DNA from: Obrimoposthia wandeli
Lineage: Eukaryota
Reading direction: 5' to 3'
NCBI GenBank assembly: GCA_977020255.1
Contig: CDROCS010002724.1
Coordinates: forward strand, 1-64,000
DNA: 64,000 nt
Positions 8,703-19,300 of this stretch are shown piece after piece. The position numbers and the translations under genes are program-made. The notes below the pieces were generated by a model. It saw only the letters and a program-made list of their open reading frames with translations, did no database searches and had not been told where the DNA came from. Within the stretch, counting starts at the first letter, position 1, and each line of letters opens with the position of its first letter.

Positions 8703-10127
8703 TTACAAGGTTAACTTTCTCGTTAAATCTTCAACGTATTTTTTAAATTGCTTATCAGTTTCTGTTAAATTATCAACAGTTTTACAGGCGTGTAATACCG
8801 TTGCGTGATCTCTTTTACCTATTTGGCTACCAATACTTGCTAATGAAGATTTGGTCATACGCTTGGCAAAAAACATCGCTAATTGACGTGCTTGAACAAT
8901 GTGTCTTTTACGTGTTTTAGATTGTAAAGTAGCAACATCCATATCAAAATACTTAGAAACTACTTTTTGAATATAATCGATAGAAACTTCTTTCTTTGTA
9001 TTCTTAACGAACTTATCAACAATTTCTTTTGCTAACTCAACCGTAAATTCTTTTCTATTAAAAGAAGCTTGTGCAATCATCGAAATAATAACACCTTCTA
9101 ATTCACGAACATTCGATTTTATATTCTTTGCTATATATTCAACTATATCTTCTGGCATCTCAACACCATCTCTATATAATTTATTTTGAAGTATAGAAAC
9201 TCGTGTCTCAAAATCTGGTGCTTGTAATTCTGCTGATAATCCCCATTTAAAACGAGATAATAAACGCTGCTCTATGTCTTGCATATCTACAGGCGCTTTA
9301 TCAGAAGTTAAAATTACTTGCTTTCCATTTTGATGTAAATGATTAAAAATATGAAAGAACACATCTTGTGTACCTGTTTTTCCTGATAAAAACTGAACAT
9401 CATCAATAATTAAAACATCAACCATTTGGTAGAAATGAATAAAATCATTTCTAGTATTCGATTTTACAGAATCGATAAATTGTTGTGTAAACTTTTCTGA
9501 AGAAATATATAAAACTGTTTTATCAGCATATTTATCTTTAATATCTACACCAATAGCGTGTGCTAAATGTGTTTTTCCTAAACCTACTCCTCCGTAAATT
9601 AATAACGGATTAAATGAAGTTCCTCCTGGTTTATTCGCAACAGCCATACCAGCAGATCGTGCTAATCTATTTGCGTCTCCTTCTACAAAATTATCAAAAT
9701 TATAATTCGGATTTAATTGAGATTCAATTTTAACCTTTTGTAATCCCGGAATAATAAAAGGATTTTTTAACTCTCTTTTAGATTCTAAAGGAACAGTTAC
9801 TTTTTGAGGTTTTAACGGGTTACGATTTGAACTCGGAATTTTAACTGTTTGCGGACTATTACTACTATACGTATTTTCCATACGTACATCATAAATTAAC
9901 TTAGCATCGCTTCCTAATTCTCGAACTAAAGCGACTCTTAATAATTTAATATAATGTTCTTCTAACCATTCGTAAAAAAATTTACTTGGCACCTGAACAG
10001 TAAGAGCTCCCCCGGCCAATTTAATTGGCTTAATTGGCTCAAACCAAGTTTTATACGCTTGGGGTTTAATGTTATCTTTTATAAAAGACAAACATTCATT
10101 CCAAACTGAATCGGCAGTTTTAGTCAT
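8703..10127 (-). CDS. dnaA: Chromosomal replication initiator DnaA
   Basis: Walker A GGVGLGKT, DDVQFL, NVRELEG, RDHATVLHA. Confidence 0.98.
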   Translation of the reverse strand: MTKTADSVWNECLSFIKDNIKPQAYKTWFEPIKPIKLAGGALTVQVPSKFFYEWLEEHYIKLLRVALVRELGSDAKLIYDVRMENTYSSNSPQTVKIPSSNRNPLKPQKVTVPLESKRELKNPFIIPGLQKVKIESQLNPNYNFDNFVEGDANRLARSAGMAVANKPGGTSFNPLLIYGGVGLGKTHLAHAIGVDIKDKYADKTVLYISSEKFTQQFIDSVKSNTRNDFIHFYQMVDVLIIDDVQFLSGKTGTQDVFFHIFNHLHQNGKQVILTSDKAPVDMQDIEQRLLSRFKWGLSAELQAPDFETRVSILQNKLYRDGVEMPEDIVEYIAKNIKSNVRELEGVIISMIAQASFNRKEFTVELAKEIVDKFVKNTKKEVSIDYIQKVVSKYFDMDVATLQSKTRKRHIVQARQLAMFFAKRMTKSSLASIGSQIGKRDHATVLHACKTVDNLTETDKQFKKYVEDLTRKLTL

Positions 10128-10207
10128 TTGAGTTAAAAACTATTTTTGTTGTTAATTTTATTCGATTTTTAGGGGGCCACAGGGTTACCTGTTTGAGCGA
10201 ACAAAAG

Positions 10208-10216
10208 TGTGAATAA
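10208..10216 (-). promoter_or_regulatory. DnaA box in the dnaA promoter
   Basis: TTATTCACA on minus strand matches TTWTNCACA; adjacent to a CACTTTTG -7-like element. Confidence 0.5.
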
Positions 10217-10300
10217 AATTCAGTATAAAAAAATCAATCTCCTATTGATTCTTAATTATTTTTTACGTAACGTTAGTGCAACTTAAATTTAAAATTCATT

Positions 10301-10708
10301 TTGCAAAAAAATACAATTACAATTCGTATTCGATATGCTGAAACTGATCAAATGGGTGTTGTATATCACGGTAATTACGCGCAATACTTTGAGATAGGTC
10401 GCACAGAATTGTTACGTTCTACAGGCATTACTTACAAATATATGGAAAATAATGGCGTAATGCTACCTGTAATTTCATTATCCGCTAATTTTAAAAAACC
10501 AGCTTTGTATGATGATGAAATAACGATTATAACAACCTTAAAAAAAACACCTAATGTTAAGATTGAATTTGACTACGAAATCATCAATCAAAACAATGAA
10601 CTAATTTGCACAGGCAACACTATTTTAGCTTTTATTAACATGAAAACAAAAAAACCGATACGCTGCCCCGAATATGTTTTAGAAAAACTAACTTTACAAA
10701 AACAATAA
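10301..10708 (+). CDS. Acyl-CoA thioesterase, YbgC/FadM family
   Basis: RYAETDQMGVVYHGNYAQYFE; TTG start. Confidence 0.92.
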   Translation: MQKNTITIRIRYAETDQMGVVYHGNYAQYFEIGRTELLRSTGITYKYMENNGVMLPVISLSANFKKPALYDDEITIITTLKKTPNVKIEFDYEIINQNNELICTGNTILAFINMKTKKPIRCPEYVLEKLTLQKQ

Positions 10709-10722
10709 AAAAATTATCCTTA

Positions 10723-11295
10723 ATGAAAATATATACCAAAACTGGTGACAAAGGTACGACTGCTCTTTTTGGCGGAACTAGAGTTCCGAAACACCATTTA
10801 CGAATTGAAAGCTATGGTACTGTTGATGAATTAAATTCATATATAGGCTTGATAAGAGATAAAAGTAATAATGAATTATTAAGAACATCGCTATCTAAAA
10901 TTCAAAGTGAGTTATTTACCCTTGGCGCAATGCTTGCAACGCCTCCAGAAAAAGAAACTTTAAAAAATGGTAAAGAGCGTTTAAATATAAATAAAATAAC
11001 AGCTGCTTCTATTCAGTTTTTAGAAGATCAAATGGATTTTATGAATACAAGCCTGCCTCAGATGACTCATTTTATTTTACCTGGCGGACACGAAACAGTG
11101 TCATTTTGTCACATAGCGCGTTGTGTATGTCGTAGAGCAGAACGTTTAGCTGTCGCTTTAAATGAAGAGGAAGAGATTAACAATGCCGTTTTAATGTATT
11201 TAAACCGACTTTCTGACTACCTTTTTGTGCTGGCACGAAAATTGTCCCAAGACTTAAACGCAGAGGAAGTTAAATGGATTCCTGAAAAACTGTAA
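10723..11295 (+). CDS. Cob(I)yrinic acid a,c-diamide adenosyltransferase, PduO type
   Basis: KIYTKTGDKGTT, YGTVDELNS, CRRAER, YLNRLSDYLF. Confidence 0.93.
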   Translation: MKIYTKTGDKGTTALFGGTRVPKHHLRIESYGTVDELNSYIGLIRDKSNNELLRTSLSKIQSELFTLGAMLATPPEKETLKNGKERLNINKITAASIQFLEDQMDFMNTSLPQMTHFILPGGHETVSFCHIARCVCRRAERLAVALNEEEEINNAVLMYLNRLSDYLFVLARKLSQDLNAEEVKWIPEKL

Positions 11296-11395
11296 CTAAG
11301 TTCTTTTTTTATTGATTTCACATTTTTTTAAAAAAAACTTGACTTTCTCCAAAAAAAAATTATTTTTGCGAGAATCTTACTAAACAGATAAATAA

Positions 11396-11617
11396 ATGTA
11401 TTGGACACTTGAACTAGCATCATATTTAGCAGATGCACCTTGGCCTGCAACTAAAGACGAATTAATTGATTACGCTATTCGTACAGGAGCGCCTTTAGAA
11501 GTGGTTGAAAATTTACAAGATATTGAGGATGAAGGAGATTCATATGATTCAATAATCGAAATTTGGCCAGACTATCCGACTGAAGAAGATTATCTTTGGA
11601 ACGAAGACGAATACTAA
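11396..11617 (+). CDS. DUF2795-like small acidic protein
   Basis: MYWTLELASYLADAPWPATKDELIDYA, usual secA neighbour in Bacteroidetes. Confidence 0.85.
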   Translation: MYWTLELASYLADAPWPATKDELIDYAIRTGAPLEVVENLQDIEDEGDSYDSIIEIWPDYPTEEDYLWNEDEY

Positions 11618-11629
11618 AAATACAATCAT

Positions 11630-11661
11630 AAAAAGTCTCTAATTTAAGAGGCTTTTTTTTT
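11630..11661 (+). terminator. Intrinsic terminator
   Basis: AAAAAGTCTCT-AATTTA-AGAGGCT followed by a long T tract. Confidence 0.7.
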
Positions 11662-11744
11662 GCTTACTTTTAAGCATAGAAACATAATCATATAACAAAT
11701 GCTATTAACAAAACGTTAACTAGCTATAAAACAATATTTTAAAA

Positions 11745-14700
11745 ATGAGCGTTTTAAATTCGATTCTAAAAATTTTTGTTGGTGATAAACAACAAAAAGA
11801 CCTAAAATCTCTACAACCGATTGTTGAAAAAGTACGATCTTTCGAGGATTCATTAAATAGTTTATCTAATGACGGTCTACGAGCAAAGACAATCGAATTT
11901 AAATCGAAGATAAAAGAAGCTACAAAGACTTTTACTGAAACAATAGTTAAATTAGAAGTAGAAGCTTTAACAGCCGATATTGATCGTCAGGAAGAAATAT
12001 ACACTGAGATTGATCGTTTAAAAGACGAATCGTACAAAACATCAGAAGCTGTTTTATTAGATATTATGGCAGAAGCTTTTGCCTTAGTTAAAGAAACTGC
12101 AAAACGTTTTACGAATAACGATAATATAGAAGTAACGGCTACTTCTTTTGATAGAGAATTATCTGCTACAAGAGAACATATTACCTTAGAAAATGACAAA
12201 GCTTATTGGGCAAGTTCATGGGATGCTGCTGGTAAAGAAGTAACCTGGGACATGATTCATTATGATGTGCAGTTAATTGGTGGTTCGGTTTTACACAATG
12301 GTAAAATTGCTGAAATGATGACTGGTGAAGGTAAAACATTAGTATCTACCCTACCTGTTTTCTTAAATGCTTTAACTGGTAACGGTGTGCATGTAGTAAC
12401 TGTAAATGATTACTTAGCAAAGCGTGACCGCGCTTGGATGGCGCCAATTTTCGAATTTCATGGTTTAAGTACCGATTGTATCGATTTTCACCAACCAAAT
12501 TCAGAAGAACGTAGAAAAGCCTATAATGCCGATATTACTTACGGAACAAATAACGAATTTGGTTTCGATTATTTGCGTGATAACATGGCAAGCTCTAAAA
12601 ATGACCTAGTTCAAAGAGCACCTAACTATGCCATTATTGATGAAGTAGATTCTGTTTTAGTTGATGATGCTCGTACGCCATTAATTATTTCTGGTCCAGT
12701 ACCACAAGGAGATCGTCATGAATTTAACGAATTAAAACCTTTAGTAGCCGATTTAGTTTCACTTCAAAATAAATATTTAGTCGGTGTCTTAGCAGAAACA
12801 AAAGCATTATTAAAAGAAGGAAATACTAAAGATGGTGGTTTCTTATTATTAAGAGTTTACAGAGGTTTACCAAAAAATAAAGCCTTAATTAAGTTTTTAT
12901 CTCAAGAAGGAATTAAGCAAATTCTTCAAAAGACAGAAAACTTTTATATGCAAGACAATAATAAGTTGATGCCTGAGGTAGATGCTGAGTTATGGTTTAC
13001 TGTTGAAGAAAAAAATAATCAAATTGATTTAACTGATAGAGGTGTCGCACATTTATCAGATAAAACACAAAACGATACTTTTTTCGTTTTACCAGATATT
13101 AGTGTTATCGTTGGTCAGATTGATAGCAGTGAAGAAACTCCAGAAGAAAAAGCAAGCAAAAAAGAAGAATTATATCGTGATTTTAGTATAAAAAGTGAAC
13201 GTATTCATACGATGAATCAACTTTTAAAAGCCTATACCGTTTTTGAAAAAGATGTTGAGTATGTAGTGATGGATAATAAGGTAATGATTGTTGATGAGCA
13301 AACTGGCCGTATTATGGACGGTCGTCGTTACTCTGACGGATTACACCAAGCATTAGAAGCTAAAGAAGCTGTAAATATTGAAGACGCAACACAAACATTT
13401 GCGACTGTAACTTTACAAAACTACTTTAGAATGTATCGTAAGTTATCTGGTATGACAGGTACTGCAATTACTGAAGCAGGTGAATTTTGGGAAATCTATA
13501 AATTAGATGTTGTTGAAATTCCAACAAACAGACCAATTCAAAGAGATGATAAAGAAGATTTAGTTTATAAAACTACTCGCGAAAAATACAATGCAGTTAT
13601 TGATGATGTTGTTGTGTTATCTAATCAAGGTCGTCCGGTTCTTATCGGAACAACATCCGTAGAAATATCAGAATTATTAGGAAGAATGTTACAAATGCGT
13701 AAAATTCCTCATAATATATTAAATGCAAAATTACACAAACGTGAAGCAGATGTTGTTGCAGAAGCAGGTAATGCAGGTGTAGTAACTATTGCAACAAACA
13801 TGGCTGGTCGTGGTACCGATATTAAATTATCAGAAGAAGTAAAAAAATCTGGTGGTTTAGCAATTGTAGGTACGGAGCGTCATGATTCTCGTCGTGTAGA
13901 CCGTCAGTTACGTGGTCGTGCAGGTCGTCAAGGAGATGTTGGTTCAACACAATTCTATGTTGCTTTAGACGATAATTTAATGCGTTTATTTGGTTCTGAA
14001 AGAATTGCAAAAATGATGGATAGAATGGGATTAAAAGAAGGCGAAGTAATTCAGCATTCTATGATTTCAAAATCTATTGAAAGAGCACAAAAAAAGGTTG
14101 AAGAAAACAACTTTGGTATTCGTAAGCGTTTACTTGAGTATGATGATATTATGAATGCACAACGTGAGTTTGTTTACAAACGTCGTCGTCATGCATTAGA
14201 TGGTCAGCGTTTGCAAATTGATATTGCAAATATGATTTATGATACTTGTAATTCAATCGTAAAACAAAATAAAATGAATAACGATTATAAGAACTTCGAG
14301 TTCGAATTAATTCGTTTTTCATCAATGACTTCTCCTTTTTCTGAAGAAGATTTTAACAAATTAACAGAAGAAGAATTAACTGACAAGTTATATGTAATTG
14401 TTTCTGCTCATTATAAAAATGATACAGAAAGACATGCTGATAGTGCTTTCCCTGTAATTAAAAATGTTTTTGAAACAGAAGGTGATCGTTACGAACGTAT
14501 TGTTGTTCCTTTTACTGATGGTGTAAAAACATTACAAGTAGTTACCAATTTAAAAGAAGCATACGAATCTGAAGGAAAATCATTAGTAAACGATTTCGAA
14601 AAGAATATTACATTATCGATTATTGATGAAAACTGGAAAGATCATTTACGTAAAATGGACGAGTTAAAACAAACTGTTCAAAATGCTTCTTACGAACAAA

Positions 14701-15095
14701 AAGATCCATTATTAGTTTATAAGTTTGAAGCTTTCGAATTGTTTCAAAAAACAGTTGACAAAATAAATAAAGAGGTTTTATCTTTCTTATTTAAAGGGCA
14801 TTTACCTAGTCAAGATGCTTCACAAGTATCAGAAGCTACCGAACAAAAAAGAGAGCAATTAGATACTCGTAAAGACGATGTTCAAAATTCTTCTCAACAA
14901 GCAATAAATAGGGCTCGTAATCAGCAAACTCAAGAAGAGCAAATTGTTGAAACAATTGTTCGTGATCAACCAAAAATTGGTCGTAACGAGAAAGTTACCA
15001 TTAAAAACATAATGTCTGGTGAAGAAAAAGATGTTAAGTACAAACAAGCTATTCCTTTATTAGAAAAAGGTACTTGGGTATTATATAATAAGTAG
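11745..15095 (+). CDS. secA: Preprotein translocase ATPase SecA
   Basis: MMTGEGKT, DEVDSVLVDDARTPLIISG, ATNMAGRGTDI, QLRGRAGRQGD. Confidence 0.98.
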   Translation: MSVLNSILKIFVGDKQQKDLKSLQPIVEKVRSFEDSLNSLSNDGLRAKTIEFKSKIKEATKTFTETIVKLEVEALTADIDRQEEIYTEIDRLKDESYKTSEAVLLDIMAEAFALVKETAKRFTNNDNIEVTATSFDRELSATREHITLENDKAYWASSWDAAGKEVTWDMIHYDVQLIGGSVLHNGKIAEMMTGEGKTLVSTLPVFLNALTGNGVHVVTVNDYLAKRDRAWMAPIFEFHGLSTDCIDFHQPNSEERRKAYNADITYGTNNEFGFDYLRDNMASSKNDLVQRAPNYAIIDEVDSVLVDDARTPLIISGPVPQGDRHEFNELKPLVADLVSLQNKYLVGVLAETKALLKEGNTKDGGFLLLRVYRGLPKNKALIKFLSQEGIKQILQKTENFYMQDNNKLMPEVDAELWFTVEEKNNQIDLTDRGVAHLSDKTQNDTFFVLPDISVIVGQIDSSEETPEEKASKKEELYRDFSIKSERIHTMNQLLKAYTVFEKDVEYVVMDNKVMIVDEQTGRIMDGRRYSDGLHQALEAKEAVNIEDATQTFATVTLQNYFRMYRKLSGMTGTAITEAGEFWEIYKLDVVEIPTNRPIQRDDKEDLVYKTTREKYNAVIDDVVVLSNQGRPVLIGTTSVEISELLGRMLQMRKIPHNILNAKLHKREADVVAEAGNAGVVTIATNMAGRGTDIKLSEEVKKSGGLAIVGTERHDSRRVDRQLRGRAGRQGDVGSTQFYVALDDNLMRLFGSERIAKMMDRMGLKEGEVIQHSMISKSIERAQKKVEENNFGIRKRLLEYDDIMNAQREFVYKRRRHALDGQRLQIDIANMIYDTCNSIVKQNKMNNDYKNFEFELIRFSSMTSPFSEEDFNKLTEEELTDKLYVIVSAHYKNDTERHADSAFPVIKNVFETEGDRYERIVVPFTDGVKTLQVVTNLKEAYESEGKSLVNDFEKNITLSIIDENWKDHLRKMDELKQTVQNASYEQKDPLLVYKFEAFELFQKTVDKINKEVLSFLFKGHLPSQDASQVSEATEQKREQLDTRKDDVQNSSQQAINRARNQQTQEEQIVETIVRDQPKIGRNEKVTIKNIMSGEEKDVKYKQAIPLLEKGTWVLYNK

Positions 15096-15117
15096 TATTA
15101 TTTATATAAGTAAACAT

Positions 15118-15145
15118 AAAAAGCTCGGTATATACCGAGCTTTTT
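15118..15145. terminator. Intrinsic terminator of secA
   Basis: Perfect palindrome AAAAAGCTCGGTATATACCGAGCTTTTT. Confidence 0.85.
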
Positions 15146-15252
15146 ATGTTTTAAAAAATTAAGATTTAATTACAAAAACTTCACAATTTATTTAACATTT
15201 AAACACATCCAAAAAGTATTTTTACTAAGCTGTAACCTAGCATACTTTTAAA

Positions 15253-16128
15253 ATGGAAAAAAATAAAAGACGTAAACTAGACATTGTTGTTATTTCTGAT
15301 ATTCATTTAGGCACTTTTGGCTGCAGAGCAACAGAACTTCATAATTACCTAAAAACAATAAATCCAGAAATATTAGTTTTAAATGGCGACATTATTGATA
15401 TTTGGCAGTTTAAGAAAAGTTACTTTCCTAAATCACACATGAAGATTATAAAGCAGTTAATGTCTTATATAACTTCAGGAACCAAAGTATACTATATAAC
15501 CGGTAATCATGATGAAATGTTTCGTAAGTTTAAAGGATTTCGTCTTGGTAGTTTTGAGATATTAAACAAGCTAGTGTTAAATATCGATGGTAAAAAAGGT
15601 TGGTTTTTTCATGGAGACGTTTTTGATGTAACCATGCAACACTCTAAATGGCTTGCTAAGTTAGGTAGTATTGGTTATAATGTTTTAATCATGATAAATA
15701 CAGTTGTAAATTGGTTTAGCAATAAACTAGGATATGGAAGGTTATCATTTTCAAAAAAAATAAAAAACAGTGTTAAAAGTGCTGTGAAGTTCATTAATGA
15801 TTTTGAAATAACAGCTTCAGATATCGCTATTTCCAACAACTATGATTATGTTGTATGCGGACATATACATCAGCCTGAAATAAGGTTAATAGAAAATAAA
15901 AATGGAACTACCACTTATTTAAACTCTGGAGACTGGATTGAAAACTTAACCGCCTTAGAGTATCATAATAAATCTTGGTCGTTATATGAATATGAGAAAG
16001 ATGAAATAGCTAAAAATTTACATCCTAATTTAATCACAAATGATCTTGATTTTATAAGTGCAGAAAGTAGTAATAGCAAACTTTTTGAAGAGCTTTTGCA
16101 AGAATTTAACATCCAAAAAACTAAATAA
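15253..16128 (+). CDS. Calcineurin-like metallophosphoesterase, LpxH/PlcP-like
   Basis: SDIHLG, GDIID, GNHDE, HGDVFD, CGHIH, NSGDWIE. Confidence 0.85.
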   Translation: MEKNKRRKLDIVVISDIHLGTFGCRATELHNYLKTINPEILVLNGDIIDIWQFKKSYFPKSHMKIIKQLMSYITSGTKVYYITGNHDEMFRKFKGFRLGSFEILNKLVLNIDGKKGWFFHGDVFDVTMQHSKWLAKLGSIGYNVLIMINTVVNWFSNKLGYGRLSFSKKIKNSVKSAVKFINDFEITASDIAISNNYDYVVCGHIHQPEIRLIENKNGTTTYLNSGDWIENLTALEYHNKSWSLYEYEKDEIAKNLHPNLITNDLDFISAESSNSKLFEELLQEFNIQKTK

Positions 16129-16131
16129 GTT

Positions 16132-17151
16132 ATGAAGATTTTATATGCTTTTCAAGGAACAGGAAACGGGCATGCTAGCAGAGCTATAGAAATTATACCA
16201 TACCTACAACAAAAAGCTGAAGTAGATGTTTTAATTAGCGGATATCAGTGTGAATTAGAGCTCCCTTTTGATGTAAAATATAAATATTATGGATTGAGCT
16301 TTATTTTTGGGAAAAAAGGAGGAGTTGATCTTTGGGAAACTATTAAAAAAGCGAAACTTAAAAACCTCTTTAACGAGATTAAATCAGTTCCTTTAGAAGA
16401 ATACGATTTAATTATCAATGATTTTGAACCTGTTTCTTCTTGGGCTGCAAAACTAAAAAACACTCAAATTATATCATTAAGTCATCAAAATGCAGTTTTA
16501 GATAAAAAAGCTCCTAAATACAAATTATATAGGTTAGAACGATTAATATTAAAATACTATGCTCCTGTAAAAACAAAATTTGGGTTTCACTTCAATTCCT
16601 ATTCTTCTGCTATATTCACACCAATTATACGTAAAAAAATAAGATATAGTAATGTTATTAATAAAGGTCATTACACTGTTTATCTACCTGCATATGAAGA
16701 TAAAAAAATAATTAAAGTACTATCAGAAATTGAAAATGTTAAATGGCAAGTGTTTTCAAGACACACTAAAAACCATGTTTTCAAAAATAATATAACCATA
16801 AAACCAATAAACGGTTCTGATTTTATTAAAAGTATAAGTACTTGTAAAGGAGTAATATGTGGTGCTGGGTTTGAAACACCTGCTGAAGCATTATATTTAC
16901 AAAAAAAACTACTTATAATTCCTATGAAAAATCAATATGAGCAACAATGTAATGCTGCATCTTTAAAGGAAATGGGCGTTCCTGTTTTAAAAAAATTTAA
17001 CAAAAAACAAGTTTCAAAAATTTCATCGTGGGTTGAAGCTAATCAATTAATAAAAGTTGACTATCCTGATGTCACAGAGGATATTTTAGATGCTATTATT
17101 TTGCCTTACTATAAAAACCAAATAGATTTAGCTAAAATTACCATTGGATAA
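16132..17151 (+). CDS. GT-B glycosyltransferase (GT28/MJ1255-like)
   Basis: QGTGNGHASRA, INDFEP, GAGFETPAEAL, QYEQQCNA. Confidence 0.85.
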   Translation: MKILYAFQGTGNGHASRAIEIIPYLQQKAEVDVLISGYQCELELPFDVKYKYYGLSFIFGKKGGVDLWETIKKAKLKNLFNEIKSVPLEEYDLIINDFEPVSSWAAKLKNTQIISLSHQNAVLDKKAPKYKLYRLERLILKYYAPVKTKFGFHFNSYSSAIFTPIIRKKIRYSNVINKGHYTVYLPAYEDKKIIKVLSEIENVKWQVFSRHTKNHVFKNNITIKPINGSDFIKSISTCKGVICGAGFETPAEALYLQKKLLIIPMKNQYEQQCNAASLKEMGVPVLKKFNKKQVSKISSWVEANQLIKVDYPDVTEDILDAIILPYYKNQIDLAKITIG

Positions 17152-17800
17152 TCTCTATTCTTTTGCTTTTTAAAAAAGCATTTGTTCTAGAAAAATGCTC
17201 ACTACCAAACCAACCTCGCCATGCTCCTAAAGGTGACGGGTGCGGCGCTTTAAAAACAGTATGTTTTTCTAGATTAATAACACTTCCTTTTTTTTCTGCA
17301 AACTTTCCCCAAAGTAAAAACACAACATTTTCTTTTTCTTCGGATATTTTACGAATAATAACATCGGTAAATTCTTCCCAACCTTGTTGCTGATGACTTC
17401 CCGCCTCTGCTTCTCTTACAGTTAAAGTTGCATTTAATAATAAAACTCCTTGTGTTGCCCAACGAGATAAATCTCCCGAAACTGGATACGGATTTCCAAT
17501 ATCAGATTCAATTTCTTTAAAAATATTTTTTAATGACGGTGGATGCTTAATTCCGTCTTGAACAGAAAAACACAATCCGTTTGCTTGCCCTTTTCCATGA
17601 TACGGATCTTGCCCAATAATCACTACTTTTAAATCGTTAAAAGAACAGTAATTAAAAGCCGAAAAAACTGCCTCTTTTTTCGGAAAACAGGTGTGATTAT
17701 CATATTGATTATCAACAAAATTTGTTAAATTTTTAAAATATGGTTTTTCAAACTCGGTTTGTAAAATATTTTTCCAGTTATCGCTAATATTTAGTTGCAT
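17138..17800 (-). CDS. ung: Uracil-DNA glycosylase
   Basis: GQDPYHG, QGVLLLN, HPSPL. Confidence 0.97.
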   Translation of the reverse strand: MQLNISDNWKNILQTEFEKPYFKNLTNFVDNQYDNHTCFPKKEAVFSAFNYCSFNDLKVVIIGQDPYHGKGQANGLCFSVQDGIKHPPSLKNIFKEIESDIGNPYPVSGDLSRWATQGVLLLNATLTVREAEAGSHQQQGWEEFTDVIIRKISEEKENVVFLLWGKFAEKKGSVINLEKHTVFKAPHPSPLGAWRGWFGSEHFSRTNAFLKSKRIEIIQW

Positions 17801-17948
17801 AATCCATCTATTTTAGAAAAAATCAAATATACAATTTTAACATTTTTTAGAGTCTAAATAACCGTTCCTTTCTTCAAGTAAGCATTTCATTAAACGAGTC
17901 TTTTATTCTTTTTAATTGCATTGTAGGTTTGCTTAAAAAGAGAAACTT

Positions 17949-18527
17949 ATGATACTTATACGAAAAACCGTTATTAGCTCTTTAATTTTTATAGCAGCGT
18001 TCCTTTTTTTCACTTTTAGTGGTTGTAATAACAACGACAGTATAGTGCCAACATTAAATACAGATGAATACTTTAAATACACTTTAAATAATGGTTCAGA
18101 ACGTGTTTTTGATGGCAATATGAATGCTTACCTAGTTACTAACCCTAACCCCAATTATCAACGATTTTACTTTAGAGCTTCAGCAAATACTACTAATGGT
18201 GGTAGTGTTTTTGTTGATGGCGATTTTACTTTTGATCTTTACAACGCTTTTACCTCTACTACAACTATTCCTTGGGGCAGCCCTGTATCGCTACCTATTA
18301 CATCAAAATTTTACTTTTCAGAACTTTTTTCTGATGACGGGTTTCGGTTTATACCTCATCATGAATACACATCAAGTCCTATAAACTGTACCATAATTAC
18401 GCACGCAACTAATGTTGGCGATTATTTAGAGTTTACATTTTCAGGTACTTATACCGACGCTGTAAACTCATCAAACACAGGTCCTATTGAAGGAAGTGCT
18501 AGAATAAAAAGAGCTGCTGATTTATAA
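17949..18527 (+). CDS. Hypothetical lipoprotein
   Basis: Signal peptide ending in lipobox FSGC; beta-rich mature region. Confidence 0.75.
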   Translation: MILIRKTVISSLIFIAAFLFFTFSGCNNNDSIVPTLNTDEYFKYTLNNGSERVFDGNMNAYLVTNPNPNYQRFYFRASANTTNGGSVFVDGDFTFDLYNAFTSTTTIPWGSPVSLPITSKFYFSELFSDDGFRFIPHHEYTSSPINCTIITHATNVGDYLEFTFSGTYTDAVNSSNTGPIEGSARIKRAADL

Positions 18528-18538
18528 AAACGTAAACT

Positions 18539-19288
18539 ATGTTTCCTAAATTATTAGAATATCAAAATATCACTATTTATACCTACGCTTTTTGTATTAT
18601 TTTAGGTACTTTATTAGCTATACTATATACAAAATCACAAGTAAAAAAAACACTAGATATAACCCTGCCTAATTCATTTTTCTACTTAGTATTTATTTCG
18701 GGTTTTGTTGGAGGAAAGTTATTTTTGTTTTTAGAGAGACCTTTATACTACATTCAAAATCCGCGAAGCATCATCAATATTTTTTCTGGCGGGTTTGTTT
18801 TTTACGGTTCTTTCATATGCATTACTCTAGTGGTTATTTGGTGCTTAAAAAAATATAAAGCTCCTATTTTACCAATGTTAGATATCTTAGCAATTACCAC
18901 AACTATTGTACACGTTATTGGTAGAATAGGTTGTTTTTTTGCTGGATGTTGTTATGGTAAAGAAACAAATTCGTCCTTTGGAGTTGTTTTCTCCAAAACA
19001 CAATCAATTGCCGTACACCCTACACAACTTTATGAAGTTTTTGCTATTCTGGTTATTATGAGTCTGCTTTTATTTATCAAAAAAAAGAAAACATTTAACG
19101 GTCAAATTTTTATATGCTACGTTATTTTATACGCTATTGCTAGAAGCTTTTTAGAAGTTTTTAGAGGTGATAATAGAGGTTTTATTATTGAAGGTTTTCT
19201 TTCTCATTCTCAATTCATTGCCGCTTGTCTTATTATTATCATTAGTTATTTTTATATCAAATTGAATAAAAAAAAGAGTATTAATTAA
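18539..19288 (+). CDS. lgt: Prolipoprotein diacylglyceryl transferase (Lgt) family protein, probably an accessory paralogue
   Basis: GGFVFYG, IGRIGCFFAGCCYG, HPTQLYE, Y.IARSFLEVFR, SQFI; multi-TM. Confidence 0.85.
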   Translation: MFPKLLEYQNITIYTYAFCIILGTLLAILYTKSQVKKTLDITLPNSFFYLVFISGFVGGKLFLFLERPLYYIQNPRSIINIFSGGFVFYGSFICITLVVIWCLKKYKAPILPMLDILAITTTIVHVIGRIGCFFAGCCYGKETNSSFGVVFSKTQSIAVHPTQLYEVFAILVIMSLLLFIKKKKTFNGQIFICYVILYAIARSFLEVFRGDNRGFIIEGFLSHSQFIAACLIIIISYFYIKLNKKKSIN

Positions 19289-19300
19289 AATTATCTTATT

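Noticed and set aside
10128-10300. Possible oriC next to dnaA
   Set aside because: Only one DnaA box and no unwinding-element repeats visible
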